Shown here in pieces: positions 22,073-32,584 of a stretch of 64,000 bases of DNA; positions within the stretch are counted from its first letter, which is position 1, and every line of letters begins with the position of its first letter. A model generated the notes under the pieces. The model saw nothing but the letters and a program-made list of their open reading frames with translations, searched no databases and had not been told where the DNA came from. Source of the DNA: Azolla caroliniana (taxonomy: Eukaryota > Plantae > Polypodiophyta); NCBI GenBank assembly GCA_043228905.1, contig JBHGNT010000002.1:13392001-13456000 (forward strand), in the 5' to 3' direction. The translations under genes were made by a program, and so were the position numbers.

Positions 22073-25000
22073 TTAAAGACGACGAGTGGAACGAGTCAGC
22101 GCTACTTGCGGACCGGGTTTGTCCGGATACTTTCGGTGGAAATCAGCAAGAAGATCTTGTGCATTGGCAACATTCTCGACGGGTTCCCAAGTACGTTCGC
22201 TCGGACTATAACCGAGCCAATCGACCAAGTAATAGAGTTTGTTGCGAACAAGTTTGGAATCGAGGATGGCAGCAACTTCATACTCCGGGCCGGCGTCCAA
22301 CTCCAGTGGGGGCGGCGGTGGTGTCACACGATCGGGAATGGTGTTTGCTTTATAAGGTTCAAGAAGAGAACAATGGAAAACCGGATGTATCTGAAGCTGC
22401 GGAGGGAGATCAAGGCGGAAGGTGACATCATTAATCTTCCCCGTAATACGGAAAGGACCGAGTCGTCGATAATCCAACTTGTCGCACGGTCGAGTAGTCT
22501 TGATGTGACGACGTAAGAGCCATACTCGATCTCCGATGGCAAAAGAGGAGGGAATCCGATGACGATCCGCATAAGTCTTCTGTGTGTGTTGAGCATGACG
22601 AAGGTGAGTAGAGAGATCCATCTGGATCTTGCGTAGCCTCTCCAAATGATCCTCGGCACGAGGGTTGGTAGGTAGCTCCGGAGTGTCGATCACCGACCAG
22701 CGAGGATGGAAACCGGTATAAGAGAAAAATGGGGAGACCCGAGTCGAGGAGTGAATAGCATTATTATACGCAAACTCCGCAAAGTGGAGAATCTCGGCCC
22801 AATCGTCCTGTTGATAACTCAGGAAACACCGGAGATATTGCTCCAGCGTTTGGTTTGTTCGTTCCGCCTGTCCGTCGGTTTGAGGATGGTAGCCGGAGGA
22901 GAGGTTGCAGGAGACCTTGAGCATCTTGAAGAGATGCTGCCAAAATTTGGAGACAAATTGCGGGCCTCGGTCACTGATAATACTGTCTGGGAGGCCATGA
23001 TGCCGAAAAACCTCACGCATAACAAGAGCGGCGGTTTCCTCGCTAGTGATGGCTTTAGTACATGGCACAAAATGTGCCATCTTCGTATATCGATCGACGA
23101 CGGTTAGAATAGCATCGAACCCTTTCAAGACCGGCATATCTGTGATAAAATCAAGACAAATAGACTGCCATGGCTTACTTGGAATTGGTAAAGGTTCCAA
23201 CAAGCCATATGGATGGTGTCGTGGCATCTTTGCTCGGCAGCAAGCATCACAGGTCCGAACGTAGTCGTCGACAAAACGGCGCATGTGGGGCCACCAAAAA
23301 GATCGCTGCACTAGCTCCAACGTCTTAGTACTACCGAAATGTCCCGCCGTATGGGTGTCGTGACAATGTTGGACAATTTGAAGGCGACAGGAGCAATCGG
23401 GGACATATACGCGCTTTTTAAAGAATAACAAACCATCATGATATTCGAATTGTCGGTAGTCAATACCTGGTTGTTGAGACTGAGAACAGGATGCCCGAGA
23501 AGTATCAATGTGCGCCAGGATGTCTTGAGCAAAACTATCCGTCTTCAAGGTTGCACGTATGTCATCGGTAATCCGTGAATCCATCGGGGTGTGAAAAATC
23601 CGCGTCGTGTGCAATCGTGTTGGTCCCAAGATTACTTGCTTTTGATTATCAAATGTTGCTTCACCAGGACGAGGTGCAAGATATGAACGTCGTGATAGTG
23701 CATCTGCTTTTCCTTGCTGCTTCCCCGGTCGATATGTGATTTTGAAGTCGAAACGCGTGAGGAATTGCGCCCACCGAGCTTGCCGTCGATTTAGTACACG
23801 AGCGTTCTGAAAATAAGCAAGATTTTTATGATCGCTGAAGACAATGACCTGATGTGGAGAGCCCTCTAAGAAATGCCGCCATTGTACAAATGAATCCACG
23901 ATGGCTAATAACTCCTTGTCATGTATTTCGTAGTTGATTTCTGCGACATCGAATTTGCGCGAATGGAAAGCCACCGGATGCAACTCTTCTTTATCACCTT
24001 GTTGAGAAAGGATGCTACCGAGGGCGAAATCTGATGCGTCGGCCTCCATGATGAATGGTTTGCTTGTATCCACATGAGCTAGAATCGGTGCTGATGTAAA
24101 GGCTTTCTTAAGATGCCGAAAAGCCATATCTGCTTCAATGGACCAAAGAAATGCTTGGCCCTTCTTCGTAAGTTGTGTGAGAGGTAAAATAATCTTTGAG
24201 TAATCCTGTATAAACTTACGGTAGAAGTTAGCAAAACCTAGAAAACATTGTACATCTCGTACCGACCGTGGAATTTGCCACTCTAGTACAGTTTGGATCT
24301 TAGCTGGATCCATGGCGATGCCCTTTGAGGAGATGACGTAGCCTAGAAATTCCACTTGCTTGCAGTCAAAGCTACATTTTTCTAGCTTGGCATAAAGACC
24401 ATTCTCGCGGAGTCGCTTTAGTACTAATAGTACATGAGAGTCGTGCTCTTCCTGGGTCTTCGAATAAATCAACAGATCATCCAGATAAATGATCAAACAG
24501 ATATCCAAGAGGTCTCTGAATATATCATTTGCCATGTGTTGCAAGACTGCGGGTGCATTGGTTAGGCCAAACGGCATAACAGTATACTCAAAATGCCCAT
24601 ACCGCGTGCGAAAAGCGGTCTTCCACTCATCTCCCGGTCGGATCCGCACGAGATTATACGCTCCGCGTAGGTCGATTTTAGTAAAAAACTTGGCACCATT
24701 AACTCGCTCTAAAAGACTTGATATAAGAGGAAGGGCATACCTATTCCGGATGGTGACTTTATTTAATCCGCGGTAATCAACGACAAGACGAAGTGAGCCA
24801 TCTTTCTTCTTGACAAAGAAGATGGGTGCACCGGCCGGAGATTTCGAATGACGGATGAACCCGCTTGCCAAGTTCTCCTCTATGTAGGCTCGAAGGACTT
24901 CTAACTCGGTGGGTGACAGGTTGTAAATTGGTCCCCATGGTGGCTCGGTTCCTGGTTGTAAATCGATGGGACAGTCATAGGGACGGTGATGAGGAAGGGT

Positions 25001-25117
25001 ACCGGCTTTTACCTTGTCAAATACATCGGCATAAGGATGATATTTTGCCGGAAGTTGTACTGAGGAGTCCTTCTTAATAGTGCTGGAAGGATGTACTGAT
25101 ATGGAAAATAGGAACAT
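22073..25117 (-). CDS. B pol: RT-RH-INT-chromodomain
   Basis: YLDD, MEADASD, LDFI/SDRG/QAER integrase core, EYEVAAILD..YLVDWLGY..TWEP chromodomain. Confidence 0.93.
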   Translation of the reverse strand: MFLFSISVHPSSTIKKDSSVQLPAKYHPYADVFDKVKAGTLPHHRPYDCPIDLQPGTEPPWGPIYNLSPTELEVLRAYIEENLASGFIRHSKSPAGAPIFFVKKKDGSLRLVVDYRGLNKVTIRNRYALPLISSLLERVNGAKFFTKIDLRGAYNLVRIRPGDEWKTAFRTRYGHFEYTVMPFGLTNAPAVLQHMANDIFRDLLDICLIIYLDDLLIYSKTQEEHDSHVLLVLKRLRENGLYAKLEKCSFDCKQVEFLGYVISSKGIAMDPAKIQTVLEWQIPRSVRDVQCFLGFANFYRKFIQDYSKIILPLTQLTKKGQAFLWSIEADMAFRHLKKAFTSAPILAHVDTSKPFIMEADASDFALGSILSQQGDKEELHPVAFHSRKFDVAEINYEIHDKELLAIVDSFVQWRHFLEGSPHQVIVFSDHKNLAYFQNARVLNRRQARWAQFLTRFDFKITYRPGKQQGKADALSRRSYLAPRPGEATFDNQKQVILGPTRLHTTRIFHTPMDSRITDDIRATLKTDSFAQDILAHIDTSRASCSQSQQPGIDYRQFEYHDGLLFFKKRVYVPDCSCRLQIVQHCHDTHTAGHFGSTKTLELVQRSFWWPHMRRFVDDYVRTCDACCRAKMPRHHPYGLLEPLPIPSKPWQSICLDFITDMPVLKGFDAILTVVDRYTKMAHFVPCTKAITSEETAALVMREVFRHHGLPDSIISDRGPQFVSKFWQHLFKMLKVSCNLSSGYHPQTDGQAERTNQTLEQYLRCFLSYQQDDWAEILHFAEFAYNNAIHSSTRVSPFFSYTGFHPRWSVIDTPELPTNPRAEDHLERLRKIQMDLSTHLRHAQHTQKTYADRHRIPSSFAIGDRVWLLRRHIKTTRPCDKLDYRRLGPFRITGKINDVTFRLDLPPQLQIHPVFHCSLLEPYKANTIPDRVTPPPPPLELDAGPEYEVAAILDSKLVRNKLYYLVDWLGYSPSERTWEPVENVANAQDLLADFHRKYPDKPGPQVALTRSTRRL

Positions 25118-25192
25118 TGCCTCCTTGGGTCCTTCTTCGCGTAGTTGATGGAGTGAAATGGTCGAAACTCGGCGAGTTGATTCTTGGGGTGG

Positions 25193-25645
25193 TCAATATC
25201 GGACTTCTTTTGTTCTCCAATCTATGGCTGGATTATGTAACTCAAGCCAAGGTAATCCTAGGACAATGGGATGCTCTGGACTACTAATTATATTAAATGA
25301 TATTATACACACAAAACTACCTAGGACAACTTGAATGGGTTCTGATTCTTCTACAATATTCCCGGAAGCAATGGGACGACCATCAATGACCACTACAGAT
25401 GCGGGACAAGGAAGTTTTCTTAAGGATATCTGAGAAGCTTGGGCAAAATTTCGATCCATGAAACAGGAATTAGCTCCGGAATCTAAAAGTGCTAGGATGG
25501 GTACTGGGGGAGTACTTTTAGTACTAACAATGACTTGGGCTAGGAACACATTGCTAACTTGCTTGGAAGGAATGGAACCACTAATGGGCTGTACAGATCT
25601 AGGGCTGTTGTCCAACCAAATGGCTCCTATTTTGGCTGGACTCAA
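25193..25645 (-). pseudogene. B aspartic protease, in frame with pol but followed by a single TGA
   Basis: LLDSGANSCF; the frame continues without stops from 25192 to 25117. Confidence 0.88.
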
Positions 25646-26799
25646 TCGTTTAACTCTTCATCTAATTGACTAAGGATTTCAAATTTATTTGAGATACTTG
25701 GGCTATTAGTACTATGAATACTATCTGACACTCTATTAGTACTATTACTACTATCAGACACTCCGAAGGGAAGAATTGACTCAGGTTTAGTACAGGCGAC
25801 AATTTGATTTACCTGTCTTCTTGGCCTATGGGGACAATTGATGGCGATATGTCCTGGTCCACCGCAATAAAGGCATAATCGATTGGCACGTCGTCGTTGC
25901 TTTTCTTCTTCCGATAACGGGCCGCGTCGACGCATGGTATCGATCTCCATCGGTGTCGAAGTATTTGCTTGAGGTATGTCTCGTGCAAACGGTTTAGCCG
26001 CGACTGCGGCGTAAGTGGGCTCTGGCCTAGAGCGTGGTATCTGTAATTGACGTTCTGAACGCCGTTCAAAAAGGCGGTTGTCACATCGAACTGCTCGACT
26101 GATTGCCTCCGTAAGAGACTTTGGTTCTTCAGGGAAAGTTAGAAGTAGATCTTTGACATCGTTTCGCAAGCCATAGCGAAACTGCTCCATTAGTGCTTGA
26201 TCATCCCAGGGTATATCTGAAGCAAGTAGGCGGAAATCCGCCGCGTAGGCAGAGGCTGGACGATCGCCTTGACGCAATCGCCGGATCTTGTTGATCGCCG
26301 TCCTGATGCTGTCGGTGTCTCCAAAGCAGGCTTTAAACTCATCAATAAAATCTTCAAAGTTATTAAGCAAGGGCGATTGTTTTTCTAGAAGCGGAGCGAA
26401 CCATGCCAAGGCTGAGCCGCTAAGTAGCGTGCCTATTAGGCCGACTCGAAATGCATCAGTGGGATATCGGGAAGGATGCATCTGGATGACAAAGCGTACC
26501 TGATTAAGGAATCCCCGAAATTGCGAACGCGTTCCATCAAATTTCACAGGAAGTCCAATCTTGGGCTCTTTATGAAATCCTTGGGGACTGGATCCTTGTT
26601 GTTGCAACGCTGCTTCGAGTTGTTGTACCCGTAACGCTAACTCCCCATGTTGTTGTTGCGTTTGTTGTTTTTCTAGAGCGATTTGTTGCAGATCCCCTAT
26701 CAGCCGTTGGTTTTCTTGTTCCAAGGCAACAAACTTTTCTTTTAGGCACTGTAGCTCGGAGAAAACGGATTGGTATTCTTGGGCGCTAACAGTAGCCAT
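25642..26799 (-). CDS. B Gag
   Basis: N-terminal coiled coil, PVKFDG..ALAWF, LRQG, PMEID, CLYCGGPGHIAINC. Confidence 0.92.
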   Translation of the reverse strand: MATVSAQEYQSVFSELQCLKEKFVALEQENQRLIGDLQQIALEKQQTQQQHGELALRVQQLEAALQQQGSSPQGFHKEPKIGLPVKFDGTRSQFRGFLNQVRFVIQMHPSRYPTDAFRVGLIGTLLSGSALAWFAPLLEKQSPLLNNFEDFIDEFKACFGDTDSIRTAINKIRRLRQGDRPASAYAADFRLLASDIPWDDQALMEQFRYGLRNDVKDLLLTFPEEPKSLTEAISRAVRCDNRLFERRSERQLQIPRSRPEPTYAAVAAKPFARDIPQANTSTPMEIDTMRRRGPLSEEEKQRRRANRLCLYCGGPGHIAINCPHRPRRQVNQIVACTKPESILPFGVSDSSNSTNRVSDSIHSTNSPSISNKFEILSQLDEELND

Positions 26800-26870
26800 A
26801 GTATAGGGGAAAGGGTAGGAGGATGAGGGAGAGTGACAAGTAGGCTAGAGGAAAGAAAATTGGTTCAAAC

Positions 26871-27299
26871 TGTCAGGAATAGTACTAAAACAGAGATGGA
26901 ATTAGTACTAAGAAGAGTAGTACTATTAGTACTAAGAGGACGGGACTGCGTAAGATTCCCAAGAGAGAGGAAGTGAGAAGAGGAGAGAGAGAGGGAAATA
27001 GGATGATGACAGCAGCTCTTATATTATATGAAAGATAAGTACAAATCGACTAAGAGGCTTAAGACTGGTGTTGAACCAATTTGGTTCAACATAATGCTTA
27101 GTGCCTTCTTTTATAGTGTTCTCAGGAATAATCCTAAAGCTTCTAGAATGTTCCAGAGAAATCTGGAATATACATTACTTTCTTATAATAAAACATAAAT
27201 GAAAATAATATTCTATGAATTACAATAGATGGTAAGATGGTTAAGAGCTCGACCCATATACCATAAGGTCATGGGTTCGAGTCTTGCCATCTCATGACA
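26871..27299 (-). repeat. B 5' LTR
   Basis: Near-identical to 21633-22061. Confidence 0.95.
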
Positions 27300-29388
27300 G
27301 CACCTCGAAGCCGGCGTCCAAACGACAGCAGCTGCTGGCGTCGAAGGCGACGAAAGGGAAGAAACGGGTCCCAGAACCGGAGGAGGTGTCACCGGTCCGA
27401 CCCGTCAAGATAACCATACGGAGACCAGGACAGAAGGAACCGGAACCCTTGACGGCACAGAAACATGCCGTGCAACAGGAAGAGGAAACGGAGGAGCCAG
27501 AAGAGCACCTCCAACGACGGTCAAGAAGTAGGACCGCCGAGACAGGAGGGGAGCGGTCGTACCCGCGAGAGGCAGAAACGCCCCCAACTCAACCTGAGCA
27601 AACCACAAGGGAGGAACCGGAACCGGTGCGTAGGGAACCGGTCTTGTCGACTTCTATAGAAGAAGTCATTCCAACGGCTCCGGAGACGGCGAGAACCGGA
27701 ACTCAACAGCCGGCGAGCCCAGCTAGAACACACGGCGGCCAAGGAGTAGAACCAGAACGGCATATGCAGGCACTCAGGCCAGACAATTCCACAGTGAATG
27801 AGCCGACCCTACCAGTACAGCAACAAGGCACCAGTAGCATGTGGCTACGGTGGGTAGGCGAGCAAAAATCGCCGGAGTGGTCGAGTATATAGAGGCGGAA
27901 GAGAGAGCGCACCAGGAACGGTTGCTCGTCACAACCGTAGATCTAGAGACGGCCCGGTCCAGAATCCGGAGCCTTGAACAAGACTTGGACAGGGTCACAA
28001 GGGAAATGGCTCAAGTGGCTTTGACAACACAAGTCCAAGCACCGGTGACTCCGGGCAATGTACAGAATAAAGCGGCAGATCAACCTGTACATAGCAATCA
28101 GACCCCTGCAACGGAAACCGTTCCGGAGAAAAATGCGGCACAAGAGCTTGCGGATTTAAAGGATGAGCTAGCTGCCCAAGAAGCGCTGAGGAGCCGCGAA
28201 AGAGAATTGAAGACGGCAGCGGAGGCAGAACTCAAAAGGACTGCTGAGAATCTACGCCGGGCCGAGGAGAGCTTACGGAAAGGCCACCAAGCGTACGACC
28301 GGCTCAAGGAGGAGAAGGAGAAAATGTTGCAAGAGAAGGAGAGGCTCCGGAGGAACGCCGAAACAGAAGTAGAGCGCCTGAAAGAGGAACTCTGGCAGGT
28401 AAAGGACCGGGAGGACCGGAACCATCGCCAGATCAACGGCAAGCTCAAACAAAAAACGGAGGAATTTGAGCAATTGCACCGGGAGTATAAACGGTTGCAA
28501 ACGGAGCACAAGGAACGGACGGATGAGCTCCGGCAAGCAGTTGATCGGACCGCAACCGCATTCGCCAAGGAACAAGCGGAAAACAGAAGACGGTTGGAAG
28601 AGGCGGAGAAGGTTCGGACAGAGCTCCTCAGGCAACAGCAGGCGGAAAAAGAAAGAGCGGCGGAGGTACTGCAGAGGCTGCAAACGACATATCAAGGGCA
28701 GCTGACGCGCTACAGAGAGCAGGCGGAGGATACGGCAAATCTCATCAAGCAGTTGAAGGAGGAGCGACAAGTGGTGGAAAGCAGAGCACAAATGGGAGCA
28801 AGTCGCATCCAGGATATCATGCGGGCCTGGTTGAACCAGACCAAGAGCTTGATTGACAACGGTTCCGTCAAATGGTGGACCAAGTGGGCCACGAACGCGG
28901 CGGAACTCCAATTGCTCCGGGCCGACGTAGAGAACCGGCGGAAGGAGGGAGATGATTGCTATATGCTGAATTCTGAAGATTTCACCGGCATAAGAGATGA
29001 GCTGGCCGAAGACTTTCAAGCCTTGGCAGAGGACCAACTAGAGCAAGTCCGGCAACTTGTAGCTCAGCTGGACGACGACAGGCTGGAGGCGCAGATCCAG
29101 TTTGAAAGCTACGAGAGGTCCCGGATCCGGGGAGAGAAAGAACGAGAACCAGTTACGGTCAACCTCAGTGATGAGGAACCGTTACTGGAAGGAGACCGGA
29201 CCGGAAGCAGTCAAACGGAGATGCCGGAGCCAGAGAAACAAACGGAGCAGCAGCAGCAAGCAGAGCAGCCGGAGCAGCCTCAGTCCCAACCGCAAGCACA
29301 GCCGCAACAACCACAACCGGAAGAACAAGTGGAAATTCTTGAACAAAGTATTTTGGACAATTTGGGTGAACAATGAAGGGGCCGAGAA

Positions 29389-29426
29389 GGGTTCAACGTA
29401 CAAGGTACTGTCCCACGGGCGTGCCA
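29389..29426 (+). other. tRNA-3'-end-like sequence (inverted PBS) at the expected PPT position of A2
   Basis: GGGTTCAA-[CGTACAAGGTACT]-GTCCCACGGGCGTGCCA-TG-LTR; the reverse strand reads LTR-CA-TGGCACGCCCGTGGGAC. Confidence 0.75.
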
Positions 29427-29428
29427 TG

Positions 29429-29847
29429 TGTTACCGGCCGGCAAGGAGTCCAAAATACGGAGTGAAGGAATTAATTAAATATAGTTGTAAATGAGCATAG
29501 TATGGACGGACGGACTGGAAACGGTATGCCGTTCCAGTTCCGGACGGATCCCGAATAGGTGCGAGAGGCACCGTTTTGTACTACGGGCCGGAAACCTATT
29601 TAAAGGCCCGGACCCCATTGTAATGACAGCGGATAATTAATAGAGCTTATGTTGTTTATACTTCTGTCTTGATTTCCGTTCTGTAATTACTGTTATATCT
29701 TACGCGTGTAATTCACCAAAGCATTCTAATCGTATAACCTATGTAAGTCGGTGTAATCGTTGAATCTTAATCCTATGCCGTAATCACCCTTTGGTGAAGT
29801 GTCTCCGTGACACCTTGTGTTAGGCCTTGTCCGGCTAGAGAATAACA
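29429..29847 (+). repeat. A2 3' LTR
   Basis: Matches 15082-15500; followed by TSD ACCGA. Confidence 0.96.
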
Positions 29848-30093
29848 ACCGATCGGAGGTAGCCGAGTCGGTTCGAGTGTTTGATTCGGATACACTGAAT
29901 CAACCGAGGGCCAAGCGGAAAAGAAGGCAGCAGGAGAAGCGCCAAGATTGTGACAACAAGGGAGTTGTGAAGGGCCATACCGACCAGAAGGGTCGAAGTG
30001 CACGGAATCAAAAAGGCCGAGGAGCGCGAGCGAGGCATGGAGCCAGGAGGAACCGGAGCAGTGATCCGGAAGATCCCGAAGAGCCTCAAGTTG

Positions 30094-30344
30094 TGTTGAG
30101 AGACAAGCTCAACATCGTTCGGATCGGTTGAGCAAGCCGAGGACTGGATCGGTTGGGACTGATCGGTTAGGCCGGACCGGTGCGTAAAACGGATGCGTAA
30201 ACCGGTACGCAAACCGGTGCGTAGGAAGGTCGTATTGGTGCGTAAACCGAAAGGCCGTTAGAAAGATATTCCTCGTAAGGAATAGTTTCAGGAGTAAGAA
30301 TCGACGCTCATTTATGAGCAGTCAAGTACTGTCAGTACTTGTGC
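30094..30344 (+). repeat. C2 3' LTR, truncated
   Basis: Aligns with the first part of the 5' LTR and breaks after ...TACTTGTGC. Confidence 0.85.
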
Positions 30345-32584
30345 AGGTTCCGAAAACACTCGAAGATTTCGGTCTTCCGCTCAATGAGGTAGATCCATGT
30401 GTGCCAGTTGTAGTCGTCGATGAAGGAGACGAAATACCGACTCCCACCAAGACTAACGTTCTGTGTCGGTCCCCATACATCCGAATGAATAAGGTCGAGC
30501 TTGTTACGGCTACAATTTCGTTCAGTGGGGAATGGAAGCCGGTGTTGCTTCCCGAGTTGGCAGGCTTCACATATTTGGGCCTTCCGGCCACTGAACTTTG
30601 GCAAACCGAAAACAACTTGTTTCGTTTGCAGGTCTTGAAGCCACCTGTAATTGACGTGGCCGATCCGCTTTTGCCAAAGATCAATATCCGATTCAATCTT
30701 CTATCCTTTGGCGAACAAAGTGGTGTCGACGTCATTGGTGTCGAGGATGAACATCCTCCCTTCTGTGCGCCCTTGCGCAATAATCTGGCCCTTTTACTCG
30801 ATGAAGCACCTAGGGTGCATAAACCGCACCTGCATCCCTTGGTCAATGATATGACCGACTGATACCAGGTTCTTCGTGATAGTCGGAACGTGTAATACAT
30901 TCATCAGCTTCCCCCTTTATCCGATGTGGTTCAAAGGGACTTCTCCGATATGCACGATTAGGTGAGGAGTGTCGTCTCTGGTTTCGACGACTTCTGGTTG
31001 TTCTGGTTTCTCCAAAAAGGACAACCACTCTTTGTGGCTCGTCATGTGATTCGATGCACCGGAATCAACTTACCACACTTCCTCCGATTCGGAAGTTGTC
31101 TTCTTCATCGAGTTAGCGTCGTGTTTCATCCCTAAGGCTGGAACTTTATCGGCTTTTCCGATTTTGGATCCTCCCAATCCTTCTGCGTGGTGTGAGTATT
31201 GCTGGTTCTCTCTGCCGGCTTTGCCGGATCCGGATCTGTCCGAATCAGCGCGCTTCTTCAAGCACTCGCTTTCTCTGTGGCCGTCTTTACCACAGTACCA
31301 GCATTCCGTGTCGGCCTTTGCTTGCCGGCCTTGACTCCCCCTACTTGTGGAGGGTCTGGAACTACTGTCGGCACGTTCTCTGTGCCTTCGGTCCTGCTCT
31401 TGCCTACTGCTACCATTGCGAGCCGACCCACCTTGTCCACCACGCCCACGGGGCCGATCCGCCTCCGTGTACAACATCCGACTGTCGATGGGTGCACTTG
31501 ACACACCAGCGTGGTTCTCCTCCACAAGGAGCATCGATTGTAAGTCGAAAAATGACGGCATATTCTCCCTTGTACACACAACAGTTCAGAACGCTCTGAA
31601 CTTTGACACCAAACCTCCCAAATAGATTTGCACCATATCGGCTTCTTCTACATTCACATCGATGGAGGCCAGAGAGTCGCAAATGTCCTTGATTTTGGAG
31701 GTGTAGTCTGCCATCGACAAGTCGCGTTGTCGTAGGTTGCTCAGTTCATGTCGGAGTTGAATCTTCCTGGCTATAGTGCTTGCGGCGAAAATCTTCTTCA
31801 GATTTCTGAAAGCAGCTTTTGGCGTTTTTGCATCTCGAATGTAGCTTAGGAGCTATTCGCCCACACAAGACGCGAAGCAGTATAGTACTCTGCTCGCCGA
31901 TTGTTCCCAGACCGGGAAATCTCTGTGTGTCCATTCAGGTCATTTGCCATTTGCTCCGTCGACATAGCTCCAGTAACCATGCCCAAGCAGGTACTGGTGG
32001 ATCTTGTAGGACCAAGACGTGTAGTTGTTTGTTTCAAGCTTCTCTGTTGGAAGTGAGCTAGCCATGCCCCTGTCCATTTTGTTTTTCCTGTTTTTCTTAG
32101 TTGGTTTTCTTTTCAAGCTATGTCGGCTGCAGAGGTTCTCAACCCTCTCGCTCTAATACCATGTAAAGAATAGCGTGCAGAAGCAATAGAAAACCGAACA
32201 CAGAAACACAGGTTTAATGGACAGCTTGAACACACACAATACGCGGGAGAGACAGAGAGAGAGAGAGAGAGTCAATACACACAAACTCAATTCAAAAATA
32301 ATACTCAGTTTATACATCGTATGTGTTCAGTGAACACTTTTATACAAGTCCATACAGACTGACAGAAGTACGGTGTACTTCAATGCTCACATAAGCGTCT
32401 GACACTAGCTATGAGACATTAACTACCTAGTAGTCTAGGCTGGTACTAGGCTTCCGGTTACCCTTGGATCCGGCTAACCGGCTGCCTAGCTCACCGGCTC
32501 ACCGATCTGGGTCATCCTTTTGGATGCCAATCCGACTTAGGCTTATTTAGCCGATCCGGATCCGGTTGAGCTTGCCGCTCAACA
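30345..32584 (-). mobile_element. Ty1/Copia fragment C3 (5' LTR, PBS, gag, PR, integrase N-terminus); right part of C1+C3
   Basis: LTR at 32162-32584; Met-type PBS with one mismatch at 32150-32161; CWYCGKDGHRESEC; HSDVWGP; collinear with C4. Confidence 0.88.

Larger units (their letters stand above)
21633..27299 (-). mobile_element. Complete young chromovirus B (Tcn1-like)
   Basis: 429-bp LTRs with 2 differences seen; TSD GCACC at 21628-21632 and 27300-27304; PEG10/sushi-like Gag; group I chromodomain. Confidence 0.95.
21054..29376 (+). pseudogene. A2 3' extra ORF, split by B (21633-27299) and a frameshift near 27865
   Basis: Collinear and highly similar to A1 1473-4115. Confidence 0.82.
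15082..29847 (+). mobile_element. Full-length young Ty3/Gypsy non-chromovirus A2 (no chromodomain, no archaeal-type RNase H; Athila/Phygy/Selgy-like architecture), with nested B
   Basis: Two 419-bp LTRs with 2 differences seen by eye; TSD ACCGA at 15077-15081 and 29848-29852. Confidence 0.96.
5833..30344 (+). mobile_element. Ty1/Copia element C2, interrupted by D and by A2(+B)
   Basis: 5' LTR, PBS, Gag-PR-INT-RT-RH in Copia order, 3' region split by A2 with TSD ACCGA, truncated 3' LTR. Confidence 0.87.

Noticed and set aside
28098-29037. Long antisense ORFs over the coiled-coil region and other pol genes
   Set aside because: Shadow ORFs caused by codon bias; no recognisable motifs.
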